From the NCBI RefSeq assembly GCF_003790525.1, contig NZ_CP033635.1: a stretch of DNA of 64,000 nucleotides, one strand, 5' to 3'. This document shows positions 11,013 through 20,420 of this stretch, piece after piece. Source of the DNA: Escherichia coli. Lineage in GTDB: Bacteria; Pseudomonadota; Gammaproteobacteria; Enterobacterales; Enterobacteriaceae. Made by a program: the position numbers and the translations under genes. The number at the start of each line of letters is the position of its first letter. The first letter of the stretch is position 1. Below the pieces are notes generated by a model that was not told the DNA's origin, did not search any database, and saw nothing but the letters and a program-made list of their open reading frames with translations.

Positions 11013-12593
11013 ATGAAACAAAAGAAAGCCTGGAGTTTTTTTCAGAGCCTGGGAAAGGCATTCATGTATCCCATTGCTCTGCTAAGTGTATGTGGCATGA
11101 TGCTAGGGCTGGGAAGTGGTTTAGCCAGTGATGATATGGCAAAGTTAATTCCATTTCTGGCTATTCCAATAATTAAAACCATACTTGATTTCATTGTTAG
11201 TCTTGGTTTGTTTGCCTTTGTTAATTTACCTGTATTGTTTGCGATAGCGATTCCCTTAGGATTATTAAAAGATAAAGAGGATAAAGCCTATGGTGCTTTT
11301 TCTGGCTTAATTGGTTTTATGGCGATGCATCTGGGAACGAACTTTTATCTTAAACAGCACGACTTATTGGTCGCTGCTGACCAAATGTCGACACATGGGC
11401 AAACCATCATTCTGGGGATCCAGTCCTACAATACCAGCGTGTTAGGGGGAATTGTTGCTGGGTTATTAGTCGCCAGCATGTATAAAAAGATCGTTAATTT
11501 ACGCATTCCTGAATCATTAGGTTTTTATAGCGGCCCACGTCTGGTGCCTATCATTACACTGATTGTGATGAGTGGATTTGGTCTGATCATCCCTTTTATC
11601 TGGCCGCCGTTTTTCAATCTTTTCATGCTCATTGGCCACTGGATTTCAACTTCCGGTCCTGTTGGCTATTTTTTCTATGCAGTCGCCGAACGCGTGACGA
11701 TACCTTTTGGTTTAAATCACCTGGTGACGTCAGTTTTCCGCTTTACCCCCATCGGCGGATCGGCAGTGATCGGCGGCGAAGAGTATTATGGCACCCTGAA
11801 CATGTTTATGGCGTACGTCAAAGAGAATGCGGTCATTCCGCTGGATTTGGCGGGGAAAATGGAACAGGGCAAACTGATGATTCAGTATGGTCTGGCTGGT
11901 GCCGCGCTGGCGATGTATCGCACTGCTCATGCTCAAAACAGAAAAGCTATCAAAGCATTGCTTATTTCCGGGGTGCTTACAGTCATTATTGGCGGCGTCA
12001 GCGAACCGATTGAGTTTCTGTTCTTATTTGTCAGTCCACTGCTGTTTGTCTTCCATGCATTTATGAATGGATTCGCCAACATGGTCTTGCCATATATGGG
12101 CGTGAAGATGGGATTTACTGGCGATCTGATTCAATTTATTAGCTTTGGCGTATTGCGTGGCACAAGAACAGGTTGGCCAATAGCGGTGTGTGTCGAAGTG
12201 GCCTATTTCTTTATTTATTACTTTGTGTTCCGTTGGACTATTCTCAAATTTAACCTGATGACGGTAGGCCGTGAAGAGTCCAGTCCTGTCACGCTGAACG
12301 CTCATGAGGATACGGCTATAGCGGATATCCCAACTCCTGATAAATCAGAGCTGCAAGCGGCGGAGCAGATGGTTAAGGCACTTGGTGGTAAAGAGAATAT
12401 TAAGTCACTGGATAATTGCGTAACTCGTTTACGTTTAACAATCGCAGATATGGGATTGCTTGACGAGGCTGCAATAAAAAGAGCCGGCGGAATTGCGGTT
12501 GTTAAACTTGATCAAAATACCCTACAAGTCATTATCGGTACTAAAGTCATCGCCTTGCGTCGGGATATGGATAACTACATGGGGATATGCTGA
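11013..12593 (+). CDS. PTS enzyme IICB, glucose/maltose (MalX/PtsG/GlvC-like) family; no EIIA domain
   Basis: 526-aa polytopic membrane protein whose N-terminus (FFQSLGKAFMYPIALL) is typical of Glc-family EIIC. The C-terminal EIIB domain carries the phosphorylatable Cys motif LDNCVTRLRLTIAD. Confidence 0.88.
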   Translation: MKQKKAWSFFQSLGKAFMYPIALLSVCGMMLGLGSGLASDDMAKLIPFLAIPIIKTILDFIVSLGLFAFVNLPVLFAIAIPLGLLKDKEDKAYGAFSGLIGFMAMHLGTNFYLKQHDLLVAADQMSTHGQTIILGIQSYNTSVLGGIVAGLLVASMYKKIVNLRIPESLGFYSGPRLVPIITLIVMSGFGLIIPFIWPPFFNLFMLIGHWISTSGPVGYFFYAVAERVTIPFGLNHLVTSVFRFTPIGGSAVIGGEEYYGTLNMFMAYVKENAVIPLDLAGKMEQGKLMIQYGLAGAALAMYRTAHAQNRKAIKALLISGVLTVIIGGVSEPIEFLFLFVSPLLFVFHAFMNGFANMVLPYMGVKMGFTGDLIQFISFGVLRGTRTGWPIAVCVEVAYFFIYYFVFRWTILKFNLMTVGREESSPVTLNAHEDTAIADIPTPDKSELQAAEQMVKALGGKENIKSLDNCVTRLRLTIADMGLLDEAAIKRAGGIAVVKLDQNTLQVIIGTKVIALRRDMDNYMGIC

Positions 12594-13768
12594 TGGATGT
12601 TTTTAATACTCCTATTTCCCGCAAAGGAACATATTGTACCCAATGGGACTTTTGCGAGGACAGATTTGGTGTAAAAGATGTATTACCATTCTCTATTTCA
12701 GATATGGATCTTCCGATACCAGACGCTATCACCAGAGCATTAAAAAAACGTCTGGAACACCCGATTTTAGGGTACAGCCGTTGGCAGCATGATGACTATC
12801 TGAATGCGATAGTCAATTGGTATCATCAACAATATAAAACTGAAATCAAACCAGAATGGATCACCTATAGCCCAAGCGTGATGTACTCCATTGCTAAAGC
12901 AATAGAGTTATTGACATCGCATGGTGATAATATTCTCGTTTTTACACCTGTCTATAATGCATTTTTTGATATAATTAAACATAGCGAGAGAAATATTCTG
13001 ACAGCCTCTTTGATTATAAAAAATGAGGGGGGCTACGCTATCAATTGGCAAGATTTTGATCTTAAGATTCAAAGCGCAAAGATGGTGTTATTATGTAATC
13101 CTCATAACCCGACAGGAACAGTCTGGTCGGAAGAAGAACTGCATAAAATCGCTGCAAGCTGTACAAGGCATAATGTCTGGTTATGTTCAGATGAAATCCA
13201 TAGTGATTTTGTTTTTAATCGTAGCTTTACATCCGCGCTTAAAATAAAAAAAGAAAAAGTAGTAGTATTTAACTCGATATCGAAAACATTTAATGTTCCT
13301 GCACTAACAGGATCGTATATGATTTCAACTGACGATAATTTTAATCATAAGTTCAGAACGATATCGAGGTATCGCGATTTTGTAAACTCCCCATCAGTAC
13401 TGAATATAATTGCAACTATTATTGCCTATAACGAATGTGAGGGATGGTTAAAGTCATTAAAGGCACATATTGCCTCTAACATTCAATTCACCCAGCAGTA
13501 TCTGAACGAAAACACTCCAGAATTGATCGTAAGGCCAGCTGATGGTTGCTATTTTTCGTGGATAGATTGCTCTGCTATTGGTTATCCCTTTGATGAATTC
13601 TACAGTCGATTAATTCATGAAGGCAAAGTGGGCATTATGGCGGGGAATGTCTATGGAACGGAGGGGGAGGGCTACCTTCGTCTGAACCTGGCCTGCGGTC
13701 GAGAAAAATTATATATGGGGCTTACGCGTCTTGCGAGTGTAATTAAAAATATTAATCAAGGAAAATAA
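12593..13768 (+). CDS. MalY/PatB-type PLP-dependent C-S lyase (class I/II aminotransferase fold)
   Basis: ORF 12587..13768. It aligns by eye with E. coli MalY along its length (GTYCTQWD, LPFSISDMD, GYSRW, NPHNPTG, SDEIHSD, SISKTFNVPALTG with the PLP lysine). Starting at ATG 12593 gives TGATG coupling to the PTS gene. Confidence 0.85.
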   Translation: MDVFNTPISRKGTYCTQWDFCEDRFGVKDVLPFSISDMDLPIPDAITRALKKRLEHPILGYSRWQHDDYLNAIVNWYHQQYKTEIKPEWITYSPSVMYSIAKAIELLTSHGDNILVFTPVYNAFFDIIKHSERNILTASLIIKNEGGYAINWQDFDLKIQSAKMVLLCNPHNPTGTVWSEEELHKIAASCTRHNVWLCSDEIHSDFVFNRSFTSALKIKKEKVVVFNSISKTFNVPALTGSYMISTDDNFNHKFRTISRYRDFVNSPSVLNIIATIIAYNECEGWLKSLKAHIASNIQFTQQYLNENTPELIVRPADGCYFSWIDCSAIGYPFDEFYSRLIHEGKVGIMAGNVYGTEGEGYLRLNLACGREKLYMGLTRLASVIKNINQGK

Positions 13769-13770
13769 AA

Positions 13771-14367
13771 ATGAACAGCACGGATCTTATCCATCTCATT
13801 AAACATTTTATGCGTAACGAACATAAAGCAGTTGAAGAAGTTATTGATTCCCCCCTTTCGGAGGTCGCAAATTTAATTAAAGTATTACAGTCTTGTCAGG
13901 GGAAAGTTGTTTTTATTGGTGTCGGTAAGTCCGGTATTATTGCCCGAAAACTCGCCGCAACATTTGCCAGCACTGGAACTCCCTCGTTTTTTGTTCACGG
14001 TACGGAAGCGGTACACGGCGACCTTGGAATGGTGGCGAAAGACGATGTTGTTATTCTTATTTCAAACAGTGGTGAGACGGCGGAAATCCTGGCGACACTG
14101 CCTAGTCTGAAAAAAATGGGTAATTATTTGATCTCTTTTACACGCAGTCATCACTCATCGCTTGCGATAAGTTGTGATTTATCCGTTGAAATTCCCGTAA
14201 AAAGTGAGGCGGATAATTTAGGTTTAGCGCCGTCATGCTCATCAACAGTCGTTCTGGTTGTTGGTGATGCGGTGGCGCTTGCGCTCTCCGAATTGAAAAA
14301 GTTTACTCGTGCTGATTTCGGCTTATATCATCCAGGAGGTGCGCTCGGTATTAAAGCAAACTCATAA
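13771..14367 (+). CDS. Single-domain SIS sugar-phosphate isomerase, KdsD/GutQ (arabinose-5-phosphate isomerase) type, lacking the CBS pair
   Basis: 198 aa. GVGKSGIIARKLAATFASTGTPSFFVHGTEAVHGDLGMV...ISNSGET...GLAPSCSSTVVLVVGDA...YHPGGALG closely parallels the SIS domain of KdsD. The protein ends where KdsD/GutQ CBS domains would begin. Confidence 0.85.
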   Translation: MNSTDLIHLIKHFMRNEHKAVEEVIDSPLSEVANLIKVLQSCQGKVVFIGVGKSGIIARKLAATFASTGTPSFFVHGTEAVHGDLGMVAKDDVVILISNSGETAEILATLPSLKKMGNYLISFTRSHHSSLAISCDLSVEIPVKSEADNLGLAPSCSSTVVLVVGDAVALALSELKKFTRADFGLYHPGGALGIKANS

Positions 14368-14438
14368 TTTCAAAATATAAATACAGTAACCGGTCACGCC
14401 ATCTTTTGGGGTGGCGTTCTTTGAAGTGAGTGTCAGCT

Positions 14439-15386
14439 ATGAAAAATGTTCTGGTCACCGTCCCCAGCTTTTCAGCACGCTGTGTTTCCGCCAGCAAGTT
14501 GCTAAGAGAGAATAATTTTAATCTTATTATTAAGAATAATGTGGAGCATCTGCTTAAATCAGAATCCACTGCATTACGAGAATCTATTTGCGCGGTCATC
14601 GCCGGAAAAGATTGTTATCAGGCGGACACGCTATCATTGCTGTCTGGTGTGAAAATAATATCGAGATTCGGGACGGGGATAGACAATATTGATCTTCGTG
14701 CGGCACAGCAATCCGGTATTGTTGTCAATAATGCGGTTGGGATTAATTCAAATGCGGTTGCGGAATTTATCATTGGACTTATCTTCGCGAGCATGAGAAA
14801 TATCCCCGGTAGCTATCATGCGATGCAAAATGGTTATTGGGGCGAGTCGCATGGCTGCGAGTTACAAGGTAAACGTATTGGCCTGCTTGGCTACGGCAAT
14901 ATTGGCAAAACACTGGCGAAAAGGTTATCTGGTTTTGATGTTGAGCTTTTAGCTTTTGACAAACAACCCGATTTCCAGGCCGCAGGCAAAGATGGAGTTC
15001 AGTTCGTATCAATTGAAGATATCTTTATGCAGTCTCATGTCATCATCGTTCTTTTGCCATTTTCTCCGGAGCTGGAGAACTTCATTAGTCATAAATATTT
15101 GTCGATGATGCGCAATGGTGCTCTGATCATCAACGCCGCAAGGGGAAAGTTGCTGGATGAGGGTGCTTTACTTCAGGTAATTGAAGAACGAAATGTTTTT
15201 GCAGCACTGGATGTGTTTAGCTCTGAACCGCTAGCGCAATTTAGCCCATTGCTACATGCCAAGAATATCATTACAACGCCGCATATTGCGGCCGCCACCG
15301 TTGAGTCATACCAGCAAACCGGGATATACGTTGCCCAGTCGATAATTGATTACTTCGCAGGAAGGGAGATAAAAAACGTGCTGTGA
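14439..15386 (+). CDS. D-isomer-specific 2-hydroxyacid dehydrogenase (SerA/PGDH-like), NAD-binding
   Basis: ORF 14430 (GTG)..15386. ATG 14439 has better RBS spacing (gtgag). It carries GLLGYGNIGKTLAKRL (GxGxxG) and the C-terminal TPHIAA motif typical of the family. Confidence 0.8.
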   Translation: MKNVLVTVPSFSARCVSASKLLRENNFNLIIKNNVEHLLKSESTALRESICAVIAGKDCYQADTLSLLSGVKIISRFGTGIDNIDLRAAQQSGIVVNNAVGINSNAVAEFIIGLIFASMRNIPGSYHAMQNGYWGESHGCELQGKRIGLLGYGNIGKTLAKRLSGFDVELLAFDKQPDFQAAGKDGVQFVSIEDIFMQSHVIIVLLPFSPELENFISHKYLSMMRNGALIINAARGKLLDEGALLQVIEERNVFAALDVFSSEPLAQFSPLLHAKNIITTPHIAAATVESYQQTGIYVAQSIIDYFAGREIKNVL

Positions 15387-15411
15387 GTTCAGCTAAGGAA
15401 TATTTCAGGTA

Positions 15412-15447
15412 CAAAAAAACCGCAATTTGTGAAACACATTGCGGTTT
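15412..15447 (-). terminator. Intrinsic terminator downstream of metV (minus strand); may also stop the convergent island operon
   Basis: The minus strand reads aaccgcaat-gtgtttcacaa-attgcggtt followed by TTTTTTT (A-run 15413-15419 on plus). It lies 17 nt after the tRNA 3' end. Confidence 0.8.
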
Positions 15448-15464
15448 ATCAGCATCATAAGTGT

Positions 15465-15541
<77 letters not shown>

Positions 15542-15575
15542 TCACCGTACTGCTTTTACTTCATCAAATTTTGAT

Positions 15576-15652
<77 letters not shown>

Positions 15653-15685
15653 TCACCGTACTGCTTTACTTCATCAAATTTTAAT

Positions 15686-15762
<77 letters not shown>

Positions 15763-15775
15763 TCCGTGGATGCGC

Positions 15776-15803
15776 ACTATACTCTGCTCGCGTTTTCATG
15801 CAA
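15776..15803 (-). promoter_or_regulatory. Putative sigma70 promoter of metZWV
   Basis: The minus strand reads TTGCAT-16 nt-TATAGT followed by a GC-rich GCGC discriminator. An A/T-rich tract lies upstream. The -10 element lies 14-19 nt upstream of the mature tRNA 5' end. Confidence 0.5.
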
Positions 15804-15970
15804 CCTTTTTTTTACCCCGATCACGGATTTGGCATGATTTTGAACAAAAACAAATCACTAAAGCCTATTTTTTGTGCAAAATTTGCGTCGGGGAGAGGCT
15901 GCTCATTTCATTAAACGCGGCGGTTTGTTATCTTCGTTGCGCCTTATTTTTTAACCTGAAGAAGAGAACA

Positions 15971-17068
15971 ATGAAAGGACGTTGGGTAAAGTACCTTCTT
16001 ATGGGCACGGTTGTGGCAATGCTTGCCGCCTGCTCTTCCAAACCAACCGATCGCGGACAGCAATATAAAGACGGGAAATTTACCCAGCCTTTCTCTCTGG
16101 TGAACCAGCCAGATGCCGTTGGCGCGCCGATTAACGCCGGTGATTTTGCCGAGCAAATTAACCATATCCGTAATTCGTCACCGCGTCTGTATGGCAACCA
16201 GAGTAATGTTTATAACGCGGTGCAAGAGTGGCTGCGCGCAGGCGGTGATACCCGCAATATGCGCCAGTTCGGCATTGATGCCTGGCAGATGGAAGGTGCC
16301 GACAACTATGGTAACGTGCAGTTTACCGGTTATTACACGCCAGTAATTCAGGCGCGCCATACCCGCCAGGGCGAGTTTCAGTATCCGATTTACCGTATGC
16401 CGCCAAAACGTGGTCGTCTGCCGTCTCGTGCGGAGATCTACGCGGGGGCATTGAGCGATAAATACATCCTCGCTTACAGCAACTCTCTGATGGATAACTT
16501 CATTATGGATGTGCAGGGTAGTGGGTATATCGACTTTGGTGATGGCAGTCCGCTTAACTTTTTCAGCTATGCAGGGAAAAACGGTCATGCCTATCGCAGC
16601 ATTGGTAAGGTGCTGATCGACCGTGGCGAAGTGAAAAAAGAAGATATGTCGATGCAGGCGATTCGTCACTGGGGTGAAACACACAGTGAAGCCGAGGTTC
16701 GCGAGCTGCTGGAACAGAACCCGTCTTTCGTCTTCTTTAAACCGCAATCTTTTGCTCCGGTGAAAGGGGCAAGTGCGGTGCCGCTGGTTGGTCGCGCTTC
16801 AGTTGCGTCCGATCGTTCCATTATCCCGCCTGGTACAACCTTACTGGCAGAAGTGCCGCTGCTGGATAATAACGGCAAATTTAACGGTCAGTACGAACTA
16901 CGGCTGATGGTGGCGTTGGATGTCGGTGGTGCAATCAAAGGCCAACACTTCGATATTTATCAAGGTATCGGGCCGGAAGCCGGACACCGCGCAGGTTGGT
17001 ACAACCACTATGGACGTGTTTGGGTGCTGAAAACCGCCCCGGGCGCAGGTAACGTCTTTAGCGGCTGA
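15971..17068 (+). CDS. mltA: Membrane-bound lytic murein transglycosylase A (lipoprotein)
   Basis: ORF 15689..17068 is artificially extended over the tRNA genes. The recognised MltA starts at ATG 15971 (MKGRWVKYLLMGTVVAMLAAC lipobox) and is 365 aa. Confidence 0.95.
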   Translation: MKGRWVKYLLMGTVVAMLAACSSKPTDRGQQYKDGKFTQPFSLVNQPDAVGAPINAGDFAEQINHIRNSSPRLYGNQSNVYNAVQEWLRAGGDTRNMRQFGIDAWQMEGADNYGNVQFTGYYTPVIQARHTRQGEFQYPIYRMPPKRGRLPSRAEIYAGALSDKYILAYSNSLMDNFIMDVQGSGYIDFGDGSPLNFFSYAGKNGHAYRSIGKVLIDRGEVKKEDMSMQAIRHWGETHSEAEVRELLEQNPSFVFFKPQSFAPVKGASAVPLVGRASVASDRSIIPPGTTLLAEVPLLDNNGKFNGQYELRLMVALDVGGAIKGQHFDIYQGIGPEAGHRAGWYNHYGRVWVLKTAPGAGNVFSG

Positions 17069-17103
17069 TGTGTTATTCTGTATACCGTTTTGACGGATAC
17101 GAC

Positions 17104-17131
17104 AGGGTGAGGGATAACCTCGCCCTTTTTA
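17104..17131 (+). terminator. Intrinsic terminator after mltA
   Basis: agggtgagg / cctcgccct stem (one G-U pair) with loop gataa, followed by TTTTT. Confidence 0.6.
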
Positions 17132-17144
17132 ATTCTGAGGTGCT

Positions 17145-17951
17145 ATGTCTGTGGTAATTAGTGATGCATGGCGTCAGCGTTTTGGTGGCACAGCGCGTCT
17201 GTATGGTGAAAAAGCATTGCAACTGTTTGCTGACGCGCATATTTGTGTGGTTGGTATCGGTGGTGTCGGTTCCTGGGCGGCGGAAGCGCTGGCGCGCACG
17301 GGGATTGGCTCAATCACGCTTATCGATATGGATGATGTGTGCGTCACCAATACCAATCGGCAAATTCATGCCCTGCGCGATAACGTTGGGCTGGCAAAAG
17401 CGGAAGTTATGGCGGAGCGTATTCGCCAGATTAACCCGGAGTGCCGTGTAACGGTGGTGGATGATTTCGTGACGCCGGATAACGTAGCGCAGTATATGAG
17501 CGTGGGTTATTCGTACGTGATTGATGCCATTGATAGTGTACGGCCCAAAGCGGCGCTGATTGCTTATTGTCGGCGCAATAAAATCCCACTGGTCACAACC
17601 GGTGGCGCGGGTGGGCAGATTGACCCGACGCAGATTCAGGTTACCGATCTGGCGAAAACGATTCAGGACCCGCTGGCGGCGAAGTTGCGTGAGCGCCTGA
17701 AAAGCGATTTTGGCATAGTGAAAAACAGTAAAGGTAAGCTCGGCGTGGATTGCGTGTTCTCTACCGAAGCGCTGGTGTACCCGCAGTCAGATGGCACGGT
17801 CTGTGCAATGAAAGCTACGGCGGAAGGGCCAAAGCGGATGGATTGTGCATCTGGATTTGGTGCCGCGACGATGGTGACCGCCACCTTTGGTTTTGTTGCG
17901 GTTTCTCATGCGCTGAAGAAGATGATGGCGAAAGCGGCGCGTCAGGGGTAA
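17145..17951 (+). CDS. tcdA: tRNA threonylcarbamoyladenosine dehydratase (E1-like, CsdL)
   Basis: 268-aa ORF with a ThiF/MoeB-type GIGGVGSW nucleotide-binding motif. Recognised as TcdA (YgdL), next to csdAE. Confidence 0.93.
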   Translation: MSVVISDAWRQRFGGTARLYGEKALQLFADAHICVVGIGGVGSWAAEALARTGIGSITLIDMDDVCVTNTNRQIHALRDNVGLAKAEVMAERIRQINPECRVTVVDDFVTPDNVAQYMSVGYSYVIDAIDSVRPKAALIAYCRRNKIPLVTTGGAGGQIDPTQIQVTDLAKTIQDPLAAKLRERLKSDFGIVKNSKGKLGVDCVFSTEALVYPQSDGTVCAMKATAEGPKRMDCASGFGAATMVTATFGFVAVSHALKKMMAKAARQG

Positions 17952-17957
17952 ACAATC

Positions 17958-17990
17958 AGGTCGGATGCGACGCAAACGTCCTTTCCGACC
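17958..17990. repeat. REP-like element between tcdA and csdE
   Basis: ggtcggatgcgacgcaaacgtcctttccgacc resembles the REP consensus (GATGCGACGC...CTTATCCGRC). Confidence 0.55.
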
Positions 17991-18001
17991 CGGTTCTGTG
18001 C

Positions 18002-18445
18002 TTAAACCTGCTTCGCCGCAGCGATAATCGCCTCGCTTAACGCATTCAACCCCTGGCTGCGTGAGGCGCTAAGTTGCGCACGCAATCCCAGCTCATCAAA
18101 CAATGCCAGCGGCGACTGTGCCTGCAATTCGGCGGCGGTTTTGCCCTCAACGGCAGTCAACAACACCGCAAGCAGGCCGCGCACAATGCGTCCTTCGCTG
18201 TCGCCAAAGAAATGCATCTTGCCGTTTTCAGCCATGGTATATCCCAGCCAGACGCGGTTTTCGCATCCGGCAATCTCTTTAGCCTGCGCTTTTAACTCGT
18301 CTGGCAAAGCCGGCAGCTGTTTCCCCAGCATGATCAACTGGCGATATTTATCTTCCCATTGCGACAACGGTGCGAAGGTATTGCGTAACGTTTCTGCGGT
18401 TACGGTTGTGCCGAACGGATGTCCGGCGAATTGCGGGTTCGTCAT
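18002..18445 (-). CDS. csdE: Sulfur acceptor protein CsdE (SufE-like)
   Basis: 147-aa ORF recognised as CsdE (YgdK). Its ATG overlaps the csdA stop (TAATG). Confidence 0.93.
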   Translation of the reverse strand: MTNPQFAGHPFGTTVTAETLRNTFAPLSQWEDKYRQLIMLGKQLPALPDELKAQAKEIAGCENRVWLGYTMAENGKMHFFGDSEGRIVRGLLAVLLTAVEGKTAAELQAQSPLALFDELGLRAQLSASRSQGLNALSEAIIAAAKQV

Positions 18446-19650
18446 TAATCCACCAATAATTCCAGCGCGCGGTCAACGGCATTCACCAGCGCATCCACAT
18501 CACTCTTTGTATTATATGGCGCAAAAGAGGCGCGCAGTGTGCCGGTTACGCCTAATTCTGCCAGTAGCGGCTGAGCGCAATGCTGCCCGGCCCGCAGGGC
18601 AATACCGTACTCCGCCAGCAGTGTCACCATATCGCTGTGATGAACTCCAGCAAAATCAAAGGCCAGCAGGCTGGAATCCTGGCAGCGGAATGAACGAAAG
18701 CCTGGACGTTTCGCCAGCGCTTCTTCTGCAAGCGTTGCTAAGCTACGGCTCCAGCTTTCGGCCTGGTTGATATCGTAATCTGTCAGCCATTCCAGCGCCG
18801 CGCTTAATCCTATGACGCCAGCGACATTTGGCGTTCCTGCTTCCAGTTTCCACGGCGCAGATTGAGTCGTGAAGCCGTCAAAACTCACTTCGTGAACCAT
18901 TTTGCCGCCGCCCAGCCAGGGCGACATCGCTTCCAGCAGTTCTGGTTTGCCATACAGCACGCCGATGCCTGTCGGGCCATACAGTTTGTGACCTGAAAAA
19001 GCATAGAAATCAATATCCAGTTGCTGAACATCCGCGGGGAAATGCACCGCCCCCTGAGCACCATCAACCATCACCACCATCCCGGCTGAATGAGCAAAAG
19101 TAATCGCTCTCGCCAGATCCGGGCAACCGCCAGTGACGTTCGACATCTGGCCCAACGCCAGAATCCGACTACGGGGAGTAATCAGTTCTGGCAACAAATC
19201 GACATCCGGCAGTCGCTGCGCATTAAGCGGCAATTTCACCACTTTGGCCCCCGTTTGTTGGGCGACCATCAGCCAGGGGACGAGGTTGGCGTGGTGTTCT
19301 GCCACACTGACAATAATTTCATCGCCCGGTTGCAGACGCGGACGCGCATAGCATTGTGCCACCATGTTGATGGATTCAGTGGTGCCGCGCGTCCAGACGA
19401 TAGTTTTATCATCCGGTGCATTCAGTAATTGTGCCACTTTTTCCCGCGCAGCTTCGTAACGCGCGGTCAGGCGTTGGGCTTCGGCAAACTGGCTGCGATG
19501 GACGTTTCCGGCGCTCAGGCTATAAAACTGTCGGGTGGCTTCAACCACGGCTTCAGGTTTAAGCGCGGTCGCGGCGCTGTCGAGATAGACGCCCGCATCC
19601 TGTAGCGCGGGAAACTGGGCGCGAAACTGCGCGGGATTAAAAACGTTCAT
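18445..19650 (-). CDS. csdA: Cysteine sulfinate desulfinase / cysteine desulfurase (PLP)
   Basis: ORF 18445..19686. The recognised CsdA starts [16 protein letters not shown] at 19650 and is 401 aa. Confidence 0.95.
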   Translation of the reverse strand: MNVFNPAQFRAQFPALQDAGVYLDSAATALKPEAVVEATRQFYSLSAGNVHRSQFAEAQRLTARYEAAREKVAQLLNAPDDKTIVWTRGTTESINMVAQCYARPRLQPGDEIIVSVAEHHANLVPWLMVAQQTGAKVVKLPLNAQRLPDVDLLPELITPRSRILALGQMSNVTGGCPDLARAITFAHSAGMVVMVDGAQGAVHFPADVQQLDIDFYAFSGHKLYGPTGIGVLYGKPELLEAMSPWLGGGKMVHEVSFDGFTTQSAPWKLEAGTPNVAGVIGLSAALEWLTDYDINQAESWSRSLATLAEEALAKRPGFRSFRCQDSSLLAFDFAGVHHSDMVTLLAEYGIALRAGQHCAQPLLAELGVTGTLRASFAPYNTKSDVDALVNAVDRALELLVD

Positions 19651-19841
19651 GGTACTCCTCGGCTTGATGCACCGATCGTGACGCAAAATTCACTTTGATA
19701 CAAGGAGAGTGCTAACCATCAGAATTATCTGGATATCCTGGCGAAGCCGCGTCAGTAACATATGCTGAATAGTGTTAGGCGTTAATTTTAGCCTGTTAAT
19801 CAATACTATTAAGATTTATTAATCGCTTTAAGGAGAAGATG

Positions 19842-20069
19842 ATGAAAAAGACTGCCGCAATTATTTCTGCCTGTATGCTGACTTTTGCCCTGAGCGCCTG
19901 TTCCGGTTCGAACTATGTGATGCACACCAATGACGGACGTACCATCGTCTCTGACGGCAAACCACAGACTGATAACGATACCGGTATGATTTCGTATAAA
20001 GACGCTAATGGCAACAAACAGCAGATCAACCGTACTGACGTGAAAGAGATGGTCGAACTGGATCAGTAA
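19842..20069 (+). CDS. ygdI: DUF903 small lipoprotein
   Basis: [20 protein letters not shown] lipobox, 75 aa from the second ATG. The aggag RBS has better spacing to 19842 than to 19839. Confidence 0.9.
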   Translation: MKKTAAIISACMLTFALSACSGSNYVMHTNDGRTIVSDGKPQTDNDTGMISYKDANGNKQQINRTDVKEMVELDQ

Positions 20070-20085
20070 TTCGCGATCGCAAGGT

Positions 20086-20292
20086 AAAAAAAAAGCACCG
20101 CAATTAGGCGGTGCTACATTAATCACTATGGACAGACAGGGTAAATGTACAGGAAGTGAAAAAAGGTAGCTTTGCTACCATGGTCTGAATCGCAGACCAA
20201 TTGCAAACACAACAACACAACATCACAACCGTAAGCCAAAAGTTCACCAGAACACGCATTCCGATAAAACTTTTCGTTCCGGCTCAGGAAGT
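20086..20292 (-). ncRNA. gcvB: GcvB small regulatory RNA
   Basis: The reverse complement starts ACTTCCTGAGCCGGAACGAAAAGTTTTATCGGAATGCGTGTTCTGGTGAACTTTTGGCTTACGGTTGTGATGTTGTGTTGTTGTGTTTGCAATT (G/U-rich seed regions). It ends in the GCACCGCCTAATTGCGGTGC hairpin plus a T-run. It is divergent from gcvA. Confidence 0.93.
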
Positions 20293-20420
20293 GCCGCCAC
20301 TATAGGTATTTGCTGGTAGAAGCTCAACGGACAATTTATAATGGCTCAGATTAAAAAAACTAATAGGTTACACAGTGTGATCTAATTGTTAAATTCATTT
20401 AACATCAAAGTTTAAAAGCC

